The notes below the pieces were generated by a model, which saw only the letters and a program-made list of their open reading frames with translations, was not told the origin of the DNA and made no database searches. From IMG/VR virus record IMGVR_UViG_2851955134_000009: a stretch of DNA of 64,000 nt; one strand, 5' to 3'. This document shows, in pieces, positions 1 to 8,993 of the stretch; positions within the stretch are counted from its first letter, which is position 1, and each line of letters opens with the position of its first letter. Made by a program: the position numbers and the translations under genes. This DNA comes from a virus. Lineage: Duplodnaviria > Heunggongvirae > Uroviricota > Caudoviricetes.

Positions 1-1374
1 CTTACCCGTGAGACGGTAGGTGGATACTTATGTGGTGTTTATAATGATGAGTTGTACAATGCACAACTTTCTTTAAGAGATGTTGAGACCGAACTAACAA
101 AGAAAGTTACTGAATTAAAAAGTATCTTTACTGTATTAGGTAGATCTGGACAGGCTCCAGATTTACAAGGTATTGATGAGAAAATAAAGCATCTAAATAA
201 ATTGAGAGCTATTGAGAATGTAAAACTAACAAATAGAGCTATTATAACTAATGAAGAAGGGGCTGATTCTGAAAAACGAATGGGTACTATCAGGGAGGAA
301 CTCAATGAAGCTAAAAGGAAATTATCTTCCCTAAAAGATAAAATCCAATCTTTGGATTTTGAAATTTCAGATTCTGATATGTTTATATCAGAATTAAATG
401 AGCGGCTAAAAAACTTAGAACAGTCTCGAGAAACGCGTGCTATATTTGATAGTATGAATTTTGATTTTTGCCCTAGTTGTCTTTCCAAAATAGATAAGGC
501 TCATAATGATCATGTTTGTCATCTATGTAAAGTGGAACAATTAGATGATAAAGCTGAAAATCAGTTATTAAGAATGAAAAATGAATTAACTCTTCAAATC
601 AAAGAATCTCTTCAATTAATGGATAGAAGAAAAGAAGAGTTGGTAAGATTAAAGCGAGATGTTCCTTTAGCTGAGAGTGAATTAAAAAGGCTTGAACAGG
701 ATTATTTCAAAGAGTCACACTATTGGTCTTCACCGCAAGAGTTAGCTGTAGGTAAAATATATAGGGAAATTGGACGGCTTGATGAAGAAATAAAAAGAGC
801 TTATGAAGATAAGAAGCTTATTGTTGTTATTAATGAACTTCAAGAGCGTCGCGATGAACTTCAGGCGGAAAAAAATAGACTTGATGATCTTATTGAACTT
901 TATGAAGAAAAAGAGGAAGTTCTTAAAGATAAAATTTATGCTTCAGTGAGCTCAATAGCACAAGAGCTTTTACAAGAAGATTTGCCTTTGCAAAAAGAGT
1001 TTATGTCTCCTGAAAGTGTGGAGTTTAGTTTTACTGATAATAGCGTTTATGTGAATGGTAGTAAGAACTTTTCTGAAAGTTCAGCTGTAGTATTAAGGCA
1101 TATATTCCATTTGGCACTACTTTCAGCAAGTATAGAGAACCACTCAATGCGACTTCCAAGATTTATGATGTTAGATGGGATCGACGATGGTGGAATGGAA
1201 AAAGAACGGAGTCACAATTTACAGGAAATAATAATTGATGAGTGCTCACGTTATGAACATGATTATCAGTTGATATTTGCAACATCTGAAATAAATCCCA
1301 AATACAGTGAGAGTGAATATATTGTTGGTGAGTATTATTCGCCAGATAATTATTCATTGAAAATAATTGAGTAA
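1..1374 (+). CDS. SMC/Rad50-like ABC ATPase, C-terminal part (5' end outside window); candidate defence cargo
   Basis: Frame 1 is open from base 1 with no stop before the listed ATG at 52. Long coiled-coil region, CxxC...CxxC pair (FCPSC...CHLC), then ABC C-lobe-like motifs (FSESS, RFMMLDGIDD, QLIFATSE). Strongly AT-rich compared with adjacent phage genes. Confidence 0.5.
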   Translation, partial: LTRETVGGYLCGVYNDELYNAQLSLRDVETELTKKVTELKSIFTVLGRSGQAPDLQGIDEKIKHLNKLRAIENVKLTNRAIITNEEGADSEKRMGTIREELNEAKRKLSSLKDKIQSLDFEISDSDMFISELNERLKNLEQSRETRAIFDSMNFDFCPSCLSKIDKAHNDHVCHLCKVEQLDDKAENQLLRMKNELTLQIKESLQLMDRRKEELVRLKRDVPLAESELKRLEQDYFKESHYWSSPQELAVGKIYREIGRLDEEIKRAYEDKKLIVVINELQERRDELQAEKNRLDDLIELYEEKEEVLKDKIYASVSSIAQELLQEDLPLQKEFMSPESVEFSFTDNSVYVNGSKNFSESSAVVLRHIFHLALLSASIENHSMRLPRFMMLDGIDDGGMEKERSHNLQEIIIDECSRYEHDYQLIFATSEINPKYSESEYIVGEYYSPDNYSLKIIE

Positions 1375-1377
1375 TTG

Positions 1378-1411
1378 TATATGTGGCTGCTATTTTTGTA
1401 GCCACATATAA
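1378..1411. terminator. hairpin between convergent genes, possible bidirectional terminator
   Basis: Inverted repeat tatatgtggct...agccacatata with an 11-nt loop, lying between the ATPase stop and the portal stop. Confidence 0.35.
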
Positions 1412-1439
1412 ATTACTGTCTGAACTTTATTGTTTTTGT

Positions 1440-2468
1440 TCAAAGTACGTATGGTCTAAACCTAATTATTTCTATTTCAAGCCAGTCGTTTAATTGATCA
1501 AATCTTTTCTGCATGGGCACCAATTCATTGCGCATAAATACCTTACTAGCCTTCTCCACATCCCCAAACCCCCCAACATTATTCGGCAAAATTCCCATCA
1601 TCTGAGGCGGTACGCGGTGTGCAGCCATCATGTCGTCCCGGCTCACGTTCTTGATGTTCAGAAATTCATCTTTCGCTGCGACTTCTGACAACGGGATAAT
1701 CTGAAGTCCGTCCTTTTTGCCGTTAGGCGAGTACATAAACAGATTGCGGAAGTTGCCTGGACCTTTGGCGCTTTTCATCGCGTTGCGGAGGTTGTTCACA
1801 TCCTCCTGATTCTGCGCGGCGTCGGTCATGTACATGATGAAGCCTGCATGACTACCGTTGATGTAATACTTACGGCGGAACAGCGTGGCGGATTCGTTGA
1901 GCAGGGCGGATGGAATGGCAGAAAGATAGCCGGGCAGGCCGTAGATCTCCTGGTTGATGTCCGGTTCCATCAGATGAAAAATGCTGCCTTTCGTGAACTG
2001 ATACGGCTGGGTTGTCATACCGTATTGCACAAACCAGTAGGTATCCAGGTCTAACCCGCGTCGGGTGTATTTTGCCAGCGCAGGCTCAAGGGCGATAACT
2101 TCACCGAATCGGTTCGTGCGTTTCTCCAGGTAGGCGTTACCAAATACCAGATAGTCCTGCACAAAACGCGAAAAAGCCTGTTGGCTGAGCAGCGGATGAG
2201 GGATATAGGTACTGGTCAGAATGTTGCACTTTACTGCAATCGGGGAACTGTGATGCACGGCAGCGCGGAAGGTGCGCGCCAGTCCGTCAAAGCTGACGGG
2301 AGGCTCATACCAGCGATCTGTCTGAACACATTCCACATAGTCCAGCAGTTCGCGGCGGTCAAGTACTGGAACGGGATCACCGAAGCTGAATGCTTCGGCT
2401 GAAGTCTGGTTTTTATGCTGGATCTGATTCGTCGCCGCAGCGCGGTTTTTCTTACTCTTTCCCATCAA
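1440..2468 (-). CDS. Q: phage portal protein (P2 gpQ-like)
   Basis: 342 aa, size and position as P2 Q, divergent from the O-N-M operon and adjacent to terminase P. The last ~15 codons are AT-rich. Confidence 0.85.
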   Translation of the reverse strand: MMGKSKKNRAAATNQIQHKNQTSAEAFSFGDPVPVLDRRELLDYVECVQTDRWYEPPVSFDGLARTFRAAVHHSSPIAVKCNILTSTYIPHPLLSQQAFSRFVQDYLVFGNAYLEKRTNRFGEVIALEPALAKYTRRGLDLDTYWFVQYGMTTQPYQFTKGSIFHLMEPDINQEIYGLPGYLSAIPSALLNESATLFRRKYYINGSHAGFIMYMTDAAQNQEDVNNLRNAMKSAKGPGNFRNLFMYSPNGKKDGLQIIPLSEVAAKDEFLNIKNVSRDDMMAAHRVPPQMMGILPNNVGGFGDVEKASKVFMRNELVPMQKRFDQLNDWLEIEIIRFRPYVL

Positions 2469-4231
2469 AAAATCTCCACAATATTGCTGGTATTGGCGGA
2501 CTCGCCCTGCAGCGGTTCGTTAAACAGTGCGTGCATTGTTGCCCAGGCCAGATCGGCGTGGCTGGCTTCTTCGCTGCGGCTGGCTTCATAGGTTGGGCGG
2601 TTGCCACTGGCGGTGGTGGCACGACGGATTGCCATGAATGACTGCGCAATGTCGGTGTGCCCGGCGTCAAACTCCAGACGGCGGTGGCTGATAATGTCGT
2701 AGGCCTTGAGTACCAGGGCATTTTTAACGTTGGGGTTGTAGACAAACTCCCGGACGGCAGGAAAGAACGCTTTCACGTTCTCGTAAACTCCGTGACCGAC
2801 ACCTGTCGAGTCGATACCGATATAGGTCACGTTGTACTGTTCGGTCAGTTTTTTGATGGCGTCAGCCTGGGCGCGGAAGTCCATCCCGCGCCACTGGTGA
2901 CGCTCAAGAATGCGAAACTTACCGCCTGGCACGGCTGGCGGTGCCACCACCACGCATCCGGCGCTGTCGCCGTTCTGCGTACCTTTTGCCGGGTCATAAC
3001 CGATCCACACTTCTCGCCAGCCAAACGGGCGCAGGGCCAGTGCATGAAAGTCGGTCCAGACTTCCCAACTGTCCACCATGCATGCCTGCAGCTCGCTGAG
3101 CGGAAATACGGACGCGAGATCGTCCACGAATTCACACATCAGCAGGTTCTGGTATTCGTCCGGGCTGTATTCCATGCGCAACTGGTCAAGGTCGAACAGG
3201 TTACAGCCGCCGCGCACCGCATCTTCCACGGTGACTATCTGGCGGTATTGCCCGTCTGCACACAGCAGGCCTGGAGCCAGATTGCTGTGGGACAGGTCGA
3301 TGTCCACCTTGTCGGCTTTATTGCGCCCACGGTTGAATAGCGCACCGGACCAGAACGGATAAGCACTGTGTGTCAGGCTGGATGGCGTGGAAAAATAGGT
3401 TTGTCGCCATTTTTTGTGAATAGCCATACCGGAAGCCACTTTGCGCAGCTCCTGGAATTTCGGTATCCAGAAATATTCATCCAGATACAGGTTGCCGTGG
3501 TAACTCTGGGCCGTGCGGGCATTGGTGCCGAGGAAATACAGTGTGGCCCCGTTGGGAAGCACCATCGGATCGCCTTTCAGCTCCACTTCCACTTCTTTGG
3601 CGAAGTCGATGATGTACTGCTTAAAGACGTGGGCCTGTGCCTTGCTGGCGGAAAGGAAAATCTGGTTACGTCCGGTAAGCAGAGCGTCAATCAGGGCTTC
3701 ACGGGCAAAGTAAAAGGTCGCGCCGATCTGGCGTGACTTCAGCAGGTTGCGGATGCGGTTGGTTTTTCCGGCTTCCCACCAGTGGCGCTGGTAGTTGAAC
3801 ATGGAGGAATGGAAAATTTCTTCCAGCTTCTCAATCTGTTCATCGGTGAAAACATTCTTTTCAGGCTGACGGCGTGGGCCTTTGTTGCGGTTGGCGACGT
3901 TAGGGTTTAAGTCGGCTTCGTTGCCGCCATTGTTAAACTTGCCGATCCGCGCGTGGCGCTCCGACTGGCGCGCCAGCAGGTCAATTTCTTTAAAGTCTTT
4001 CCCTTCTTTGTGCTCCTTCATAATGAGCTGGCAGTAGCGTGCGGCGGTAGTGAGCTGCATCTGATCCAGCGGCCCATAGTCACCCCACTTGTCGCGTTTT
4101 TTCCAGCTGTGAACGGTTGCAACTTTCTCGCCCAGCATTTCAGCAATGCGGGCGACGCGGTATCCCTGAAAGTACAGCAGCATGGCCTGCCGACGGGGAT
4201 CGAGATCTGCGGGTGTCAGTGTGGTGTTCAT
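2465..4231 (-). CDS. P: terminase large (ATPase) subunit (P2 gpP-like)
   Basis: 588 aa, overlaps the Q start by 4 nt, P2-type synteny. Confidence 0.85.
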   Translation of the reverse strand: MNTTLTPADLDPRRQAMLLYFQGYRVARIAEMLGEKVATVHSWKKRDKWGDYGPLDQMQLTTAARYCQLIMKEHKEGKDFKEIDLLARQSERHARIGKFNNGGNEADLNPNVANRNKGPRRQPEKNVFTDEQIEKLEEIFHSSMFNYQRHWWEAGKTNRIRNLLKSRQIGATFYFAREALIDALLTGRNQIFLSASKAQAHVFKQYIIDFAKEVEVELKGDPMVLPNGATLYFLGTNARTAQSYHGNLYLDEYFWIPKFQELRKVASGMAIHKKWRQTYFSTPSSLTHSAYPFWSGALFNRGRNKADKVDIDLSHSNLAPGLLCADGQYRQIVTVEDAVRGGCNLFDLDQLRMEYSPDEYQNLLMCEFVDDLASVFPLSELQACMVDSWEVWTDFHALALRPFGWREVWIGYDPAKGTQNGDSAGCVVVAPPAVPGGKFRILERHQWRGMDFRAQADAIKKLTEQYNVTYIGIDSTGVGHGVYENVKAFFPAVREFVYNPNVKNALVLKAYDIISHRRLEFDAGHTDIAQSFMAIRRATTASGNRPTYEASRSEEASHADLAWATMHALFNEPLQGESANTSNIVEIF

Positions 4232-4373
4232 GGCACAAACCTACAGCCTTGAATGACGGCTTTCCCCGCCTGCGGTTTGTGTGGTTGTCGGTACAAATAC
4301 CGCGCATTGTTTCACTGCCCCCATCACCGCAACCATAAGGCTCCAGTAAGTTTTTTCTAACGGAGCACGGCTC

Positions 4374-5207
4374 ATGACAGTGAAAGCAAAGCGTTTTCGC
4401 ATCGGGGTGGAAGGTGCCACCACCGACGGACGCGAAATCCAGCGTGAATGGCTGGAACAGATGGCAGCCAGCTACAACCCGGCGGTGTATACCGCGCTGA
4501 TTAACCTTGAGCACATCAAGTCTTATCTGCCGGACAGCACCTTTAACCGCTACGGCAAGGTGACGGCGCTGTTTGCTGAAGAAATCACGGAAGGCCCGCT
4601 GGCAGGCAAGATGGCGCTGTATGCCGATGTTGAGCCAACGGAGTCCCTGGTGGAACTGGTGAAAAAAGGCCAGAAATTATTCACCTCTATGGAAGTCAGC
4701 CCGAAGTTCGCTGATACGGGCAAAGCCTACCTGGTTGGCCTGGCTGCCACTGATGACCCTGCCAGTCTGGGTACGGAAATGCTGACATTCAGCGCCAGTG
4801 CAGCCCATAACCCGCTGGCAAACCGCAAGCAGAATCCTGCCAATCTTTTTACCGCTGCAGAGGAAACGGTGATCGAACTGGAAGAAATCCAGGAGGACAA
4901 GCCGTCCCTGTTTACCCGTGTCACGGCGCTGTTCACCAAAAAAGAGCAGTCCGACGATGCCCGGTTCTCTGATGTGCATAAGGCCGTGGAACTGGTCGCC
5001 ACTGAGCAGCAAAACCTGAGTGCGCGCACCGAAAAATCCCTGTCTGAACAGCAAGAACGCCTGTCTGAGCTGGAGACAGCCATGCAGGCACAGCTGACCG
5101 CCTTTAACGAACTGGTGGACAAGCTGAGCCATGAAGACAGCCGCCAGGACTACCGCCAGCGTGCAACAGGCGGTAACGCCCACGCTGACACTCTGACCAA
5201 TTGCTGA
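4374..5207 (+). CDS. O: capsid scaffolding protein (P2 gpO-like)
   Basis: 277 aa, first gene of the rightward head operon, followed by the major capsid gene. Confidence 0.8.
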   Translation: MTVKAKRFRIGVEGATTDGREIQREWLEQMAASYNPAVYTALINLEHIKSYLPDSTFNRYGKVTALFAEEITEGPLAGKMALYADVEPTESLVELVKKGQKLFTSMEVSPKFADTGKAYLVGLAATDDPASLGTEMLTFSASAAHNPLANRKQNPANLFTAAEETVIELEEIQEDKPSLFTRVTALFTKKEQSDDARFSDVHKAVELVATEQQNLSARTEKSLSEQQERLSELETAMQAQLTAFNELVDKLSHEDSRQDYRQRATGGNAHADTLTNC

Positions 5208-5223
5208 TGGAGCACAAAACCTG

Positions 5224-6282
5224 ATGAAGAAGAATACCCGCTTTGCTTTTAACGCTTACCTGCAGCAGCTGGCGCGTCTGAACGGTGTGGCAGTTGAAGA
5301 ACTGTCCAGCAAGTTCACCGTGGAGCCGTCCGTGCAGCAGACGCTGGAAGACCAGATCCAGCAGTCCGCCGCTTTCCTGACGCTGATTAATGTCACCCCG
5401 GTGACTGAACAGTCCGGTCAACTGCTGGGGCTGGGTGTTGGTAGTACCATTGCCGGAACCACTGATACCACCGCGAAAGAGCGTGAACCCGTCGATCCGA
5501 CGCTGATGGTCGATGTGGAATACAAATGCGAGCAGACCAACTTTGACACGGTGCTGACCTACGCGAAGCTGGATCTGTGGGCGAAGTTTCAGGATTTCCA
5601 GGTGCGTATCCGTGACGCCATCGTGAAACGTCAGGCACTGGACCGCATCATGATCGGCTTTAACGGCGTGAAGCGTGCGAAAACCTCCAACCGTAGCGAA
5701 AACCCGCTGCTGCAGGATGTGAATAAAGGTTGGCTGCAGAAAATCCGTGAGGATGCACCGGATCACGTCATGGGCAGCACCACCACGGGCGGTGAAACCA
5801 CACCGGGCGCGGTGAAAGTCGGTAAAGGTGGCGAATATGCCAACCTGGACGCCGTGGTGATGGATGCCGTTAATGAGCTTATCGACGTGGTCTACCAGGA
5901 CGATGACGATCTGGTGGTGATTTGCGGTCGTGAACTGTTGTCTGATAAGTATTTCCCGCTGGTCAACAAAGAGCAGGAAAACAGTGAAAAACTGGCTGCC
6001 GATATGATCATCAGCCAGAAACGCATGGGTGGCCTGCAGGCCGTGCGTGCGCCGTTCTTCCCGCCGAATGCGCTGCTGATCACCCGTCTGGATAACCTGT
6101 CCATCTACTGGCAGGAAGACACCCGCCGCCGTTCAGTTATCGACAACCCGAAACGTGATCGGATTGAAAACTTTGAATCCGTTAACGAAGCCTATGTGGT
6201 TGAGGACTACCGCTGCGCCGCACTGGTGGAAAACATCCAGATTGGCGACTTCAGCGCCGCCGCAGCAGAAGCCGGAGCGTAA
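5224..6282 (+). CDS. N: major capsid protein (P2 gpN-like)
   Basis: 352 aa, position and size as P2 N. Confidence 0.85.
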   Translation: MKKNTRFAFNAYLQQLARLNGVAVEELSSKFTVEPSVQQTLEDQIQQSAAFLTLINVTPVTEQSGQLLGLGVGSTIAGTTDTTAKEREPVDPTLMVDVEYKCEQTNFDTVLTYAKLDLWAKFQDFQVRIRDAIVKRQALDRIMIGFNGVKRAKTSNRSENPLLQDVNKGWLQKIREDAPDHVMGSTTTGGETTPGAVKVGKGGEYANLDAVVMDAVNELIDVVYQDDDDLVVICGRELLSDKYFPLVNKEQENSEKLAADMIISQKRMGGLQAVRAPFFPPNALLITRLDNLSIYWQEDTRRRSVIDNPKRDRIENFESVNEAYVVEDYRCAALVENIQIGDFSAAAAEAGA

Positions 6283-6285
6283 CCT

Positions 6286-6936
6286 ATGAACCTGAGTCCC
6301 GCACGGCAGCATCGCCTGCGCGTTCAGGCTGAACAGGCCGCCCGCGAGGGCGGCAGTGTTCGCCACGCGTCGGGCTATGACCTGATGTTGCTGCAACTGG
6401 CGGAAGATCGCCGCCGTCTCAAGGGCGTTCAGTCCACGGTCAAAAAAGCGGAAATCAAAGTGGAGCTGCTGCCGAAGTACGCCGCCTGGGCGGAGGGTGT
6501 CCTGGCTGCCGGAGGCACTCAACAGGATGACGTGCTGATGTACGTGATGCTGTGGCGCATTGATGCCGGAGATTATGCCGGGGCGCTGGAGATCGGGCGT
6601 CATGCCCTGCGTCATGGCTGGGTGATGCCGCTGGGTAACCGCAACGTGCAGACCGTGCTGGCAGAGGAAATGGCAGACGCAGCGCAGAGCGCAATGCTTG
6701 CCGCCACCGGCTTTGATGCCGATCTGTTACTGCAGACACTGGAACTAACAGACGGTCTGGATATGCCGGACCAGTCACGGGCGCGTCTGCATAAAGCGAT
6801 TGGCGCTGTCCTGAGTGAAAGCAATCCGGCTTCCGCCCTTAATCATCTCAACCATGCGTTACAGCTCGATCCCCGCTGTGGCGTGAAAAAAGACAAACAG
6901 CAGCTGGAGCGCAGACTGCGCAATGACAGCCGCTGA
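6286..6936 (+). CDS. M: terminase small/endonuclease subunit (P2 gpM-like)
   Basis: 216 aa, immediately after N as in P2. Confidence 0.7.
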   Translation: MNLSPARQHRLRVQAEQAAREGGSVRHASGYDLMLLQLAEDRRRLKGVQSTVKKAEIKVELLPKYAAWAEGVLAAGGTQQDDVLMYVMLWRIDAGDYAGALEIGRHALRHGWVMPLGNRNVQTVLAEEMADAAQSAMLAATGFDADLLLQTLELTDGLDMPDQSRARLHKAIGAVLSESNPASALNHLNHALQLDPRCGVKKDKQQLERRLRNDSR

Positions 6937-7031
6937 CAGAACGTGCCCCCGCGCACGGGCGGCACGGGGTGGCGAAAGGCACTGCCACATCAAAACCCCG
7001 TCCACCGCCCTTTATTTCAGGAGAAAGCAGC

Positions 7032-7496
7032 ATGAAGTTTGTTGCGCCAGAACAGGCACCGGAACAGGCGGAAATCATCAGAAATACGCCGTTCTGGCCT
7101 GATGTGGACCTGTCGGAGTTTCGCAGTGTCATGCGCACTGACGGTACGGTGACGCCGCCGCGTTTAAAGCAGGTTGCGCTGTCGGCAATTTCGGAGGTCA
7201 ACGCAGAGCTGTATGAGTTTCGCAGACGTCAGCAGATGCTGGGGTATGTGTCGCTGGCTGAGGTTCCGGCGGAACAGTTGGACGGCAAAAGTGAGCGCAT
7301 TCAGCACTATTTCAACGCGGTTTACTGCTGGGCACGCGCCATGCTCAACGAACGATACCAGGACTATGACGCTACGGCATCCGGTGTGAAGCGAGGCGAG
7401 GAACTGGCGGAATCCTGCGGTGATTTGTGGCGTGACGCCCGCTGGGCCATCAGCCGGGTGCAGGATGCGCCGCACTGCACAGTGGAGCTTATCTGA
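7032..7496 (+). CDS. L: head completion/stabilisation protein (P2 gpL-like)
   Basis: Start moved to ATG 7032 (MKFVAPEQ...), which has a GGAG-type RBS upstream; the longer track ORF from 6969 begins inside the M gene. Confidence 0.7.
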   Translation: MKFVAPEQAPEQAEIIRNTPFWPDVDLSEFRSVMRTDGTVTPPRLKQVALSAISEVNAELYEFRRRQQMLGYVSLAEVPAEQLDGKSERIQHYFNAVYCWARAMLNERYQDYDATASGVKRGEELAESCGDLWRDARWAISRVQDAPHCTVELI

Positions 7497-7699
7497 TGAA
7501 AGTGCGTGCGCATCAGTATGACACGGTGGACGCGCTTTGCTGGCGTCATTACGGGCGCACGCAGGGTGTCACGGAGCAGGTACTGAAGGCAAATCCGGGG
7601 CTTGCCGAATATGGCCCCTTTTTACCTCACGGGCTGCAGGTGGAGCTGCCGGACATTCCGACCACCACCACCGTGCAGACCGTCCAGCTATGGGACTGA
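7496..7699 (+). CDS. X: tail protein X (P2 gpX-like)
   Basis: 67 aa, same size as P2 X, start overlaps the L stop. Confidence 0.7.
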   Translation: MKVRAHQYDTVDALCWRHYGRTQGVTEQVLKANPGLAEYGPFLPHGLQVELPDIPTTTTVQTVQLWD

Positions 7700-7702
7700 A
7701 TT

Positions 7703-7918
7703 ATGACGCTTGAGCGAATCAGCGCCTTTATCACGTATTGCATCGCCGTTGTGCTGGCCTGGCTGGGGGATTTGTCCATCAAGGATGCTTCAACGCTGGG
7801 CGGCCTGATGATCGGTGTGCTGATGCTGGCTATCAACTGGTACTACAAACACAAAGCCTACCAGCTTCTGCGCGACGGGCAGATCTCGCGGGAGGACTAT
7901 GAATCCATCAATCGTTAA
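7703..7918 (+). CDS. putative holin
   Basis: 71-aa protein with two hydrophobic segments, directly upstream of the endolysin. Confidence 0.5.
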   Translation: MTLERISAFITYCIAVVLAWLGDLSIKDASTLGGLMIGVLMLAINWYYKHKAYQLLRDGQISREDYESINR

Positions 7919-8414
7919 ACGCTGCCTTGTCGGGGCTGTGCTGGCTATTGCTGCCACGCTGCCGGGTTTTCAGCAGCTTCACACCTCCGTGGAGGGACTG
8001 AAACTGATCGCCGATTACGAAGGCTGTCGTCTGCAGCCGTATCAGTGCAGCGCGGGTGTCTGGACCGACGGCATTGGTAATACATCGGGCGTCATTCCCG
8101 GCAAAACAATCACGGAACGACAGGCAGCAGAAGGGCTGATCTCCAACGTGCTGCGTGTGGAGCGGGCGCTGGAAAGGTGTGTGAAGCAACAGCCACCGCA
8201 GAAGGTGTATGACGCTACGGTGTCGTTTGCCTTCAACGTGGGGACGGGCAATGCCTGTAGTTCCACGCTGGTGAAATTGCTCAATCAGCGGCGCTGGGCG
8301 GATGCGTGCCGACAGTTGCCGCGCTGGGTGTATGTAAAAGGTGTGTTTAATCAGGGGCTAGATAACCGCCGAGCGCGGGAGATGGCCTGGTGCCTTAAAG
8401 GAGCTGGACTATGA
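7899..8414 (+). CDS. endolysin, lysozyme-like with N-terminal signal-anchor (SAR-type)
   Basis: 171 aa; hydrophobic N-terminus (LVGAVLAIAATL) followed by a lysozyme-like domain; sits inside the lysis cassette. Confidence 0.7.
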   Translation: MNPSIVKRCLVGAVLAIAATLPGFQQLHTSVEGLKLIADYEGCRLQPYQCSAGVWTDGIGNTSGVIPGKTITERQAAEGLISNVLRVERALERCVKQQPPQKVYDATVSFAFNVGTGNACSSTLVKLLNQRRWADACRQLPRWVYVKGVFNQGLDNRRAREMAWCLKGAGL

Positions 8415-8839
8415 TACGTGCGCTGGCGGTAGTGGCGGCGCTGGCACTCGTTGCGCTGGGCTGGCAGTCGTGGCGGCTTAACAGCGCCAGCCATACCATC
8501 GAAACGCAGCGCGCGGCGCTGAAAAGTAAAGCGCACGAACTAACGAAGAAAAATAGCCAGCTGATCAGTCTGTCCATTCTGGCTGAAACCAACAACCGGG
8601 AGCAGGCGCGGCTCTACGCCGAAGCAGAACAGACCAGCGCACAGCTGAGACAACGACAACGCCGGATCGAGGAACTGAAACGTGAGAACGAGGATTTACG
8701 CCACTGGGCTGATACTCCTTTGCCTGCTGACATTATCCGGCTGCGGGAACGTCCGGCACTCACCGGAGGTGCAGCTTACCGTCAGTGGTTGTCCGCGAGT
8801 GACGCCGTGTCGGCTGGAGCAGGCAGCACCGCGCACTAA
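8411..8839 (+). CDS. lysB: i-spanin (Rz/LysB-like)
   Basis: N-terminal TM segment and coiled-coil-rich periplasmic part; a lipoprotein ORF is embedded in the +1 frame. Confidence 0.65.
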   Translation: MIRALAVVAALALVALGWQSWRLNSASHTIETQRAALKSKAHELTKKNSQLISLSILAETNNREQARLYAEAEQTSAQLRQRQRRIEELKRENEDLRHWADTPLPADIIRLRERPALTGGAAYRQWLSASDAVSAGAGSTAH

Positions 8840-8918
8840 CGGTGATCTGAATGCGTTGCTGGATGAAACGGAGGCCGCCTGGGCGGTCTGTGCAGACAAA
8901 GTGGACATGATTATTTGA
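8682..8918 (+). CDS. lysC: o-spanin (Rz1/LysC-like), 3' end truncated by the Mu-like insertion
   Basis: Lipoprotein-like N-terminus (LLTLSGCG). The ORF stops at the TGA supplied by the first three bases of the inserted element. Joining the flanks restores 18 more codons (96 aa total) that overlap the R start. Confidence 0.65.
   Translation: MRTRIYATGLILLCLLTLSGCGNVRHSPEVQLTVSGCPRVTPCRLEQAAPRTNGDLNALLDETEAAWAVCADKVDMII
8910..8915. repeat. ATTATT direct repeat, left copy (putative target-site duplication)
   Basis: Identical hexamer directly abuts both termini of the Mu-like element (8910-8915 and 46511-46516). Confidence 0.6.
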
Positions 8919-8959
8919 TGCGCCGCGCGATAAATGCGCTCTATCTTGTGCGATAAATG
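8916..8959. repeat. Mu-like element terminal repeat, left-hand copy in window coordinates (putative transposase-binding sites)
   Basis: TGATGCGCCGCGCGATAAATG...GTGCGATAAATGG; matches the reverse complement of 46467-46510 at positions 1-4, 7, 9, 12, 14-21, 33-35 and 37-43. Confidence 0.55.
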
Positions 8960-8993
8960 GCATCCACGCGGCGTTTCATTATTTGAAAAAGAA

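Larger units (their letters stand above)
1440..8915. mobile_element. P2-like prophage, left arm (portal, terminase, capsid, lysis genes)
   Basis: Gene order Q-P (minus) then O-N-M-L-X-holin-endolysin-spanins (plus) matches P2/186 synteny. The arm is interrupted at 8915/8916 by the Mu-like element. Confidence 0.75.

Noticed and set aside
2657-3340. Antisense ORFs from the six-frame track inside long phage genes (for example 2657-3340 in the terminase gene, 17963-18727 in the tape measure gene, 40676-41428 in the MuB-like gene)
   Set aside because: They are fully embedded on the opposite strand of well-supported genes, have no independent start context, and show the amino-acid bias expected from translating the reverse strand of GC-rich coding DNA.
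6969-7031. Upstream ATG at 6969 as the start of the gpL-like gene
   Set aside because: That start lies inside the preceding M gene region with no RBS; ATG 7032 has a GGAG-type RBS and gives a protein of P2 L size.
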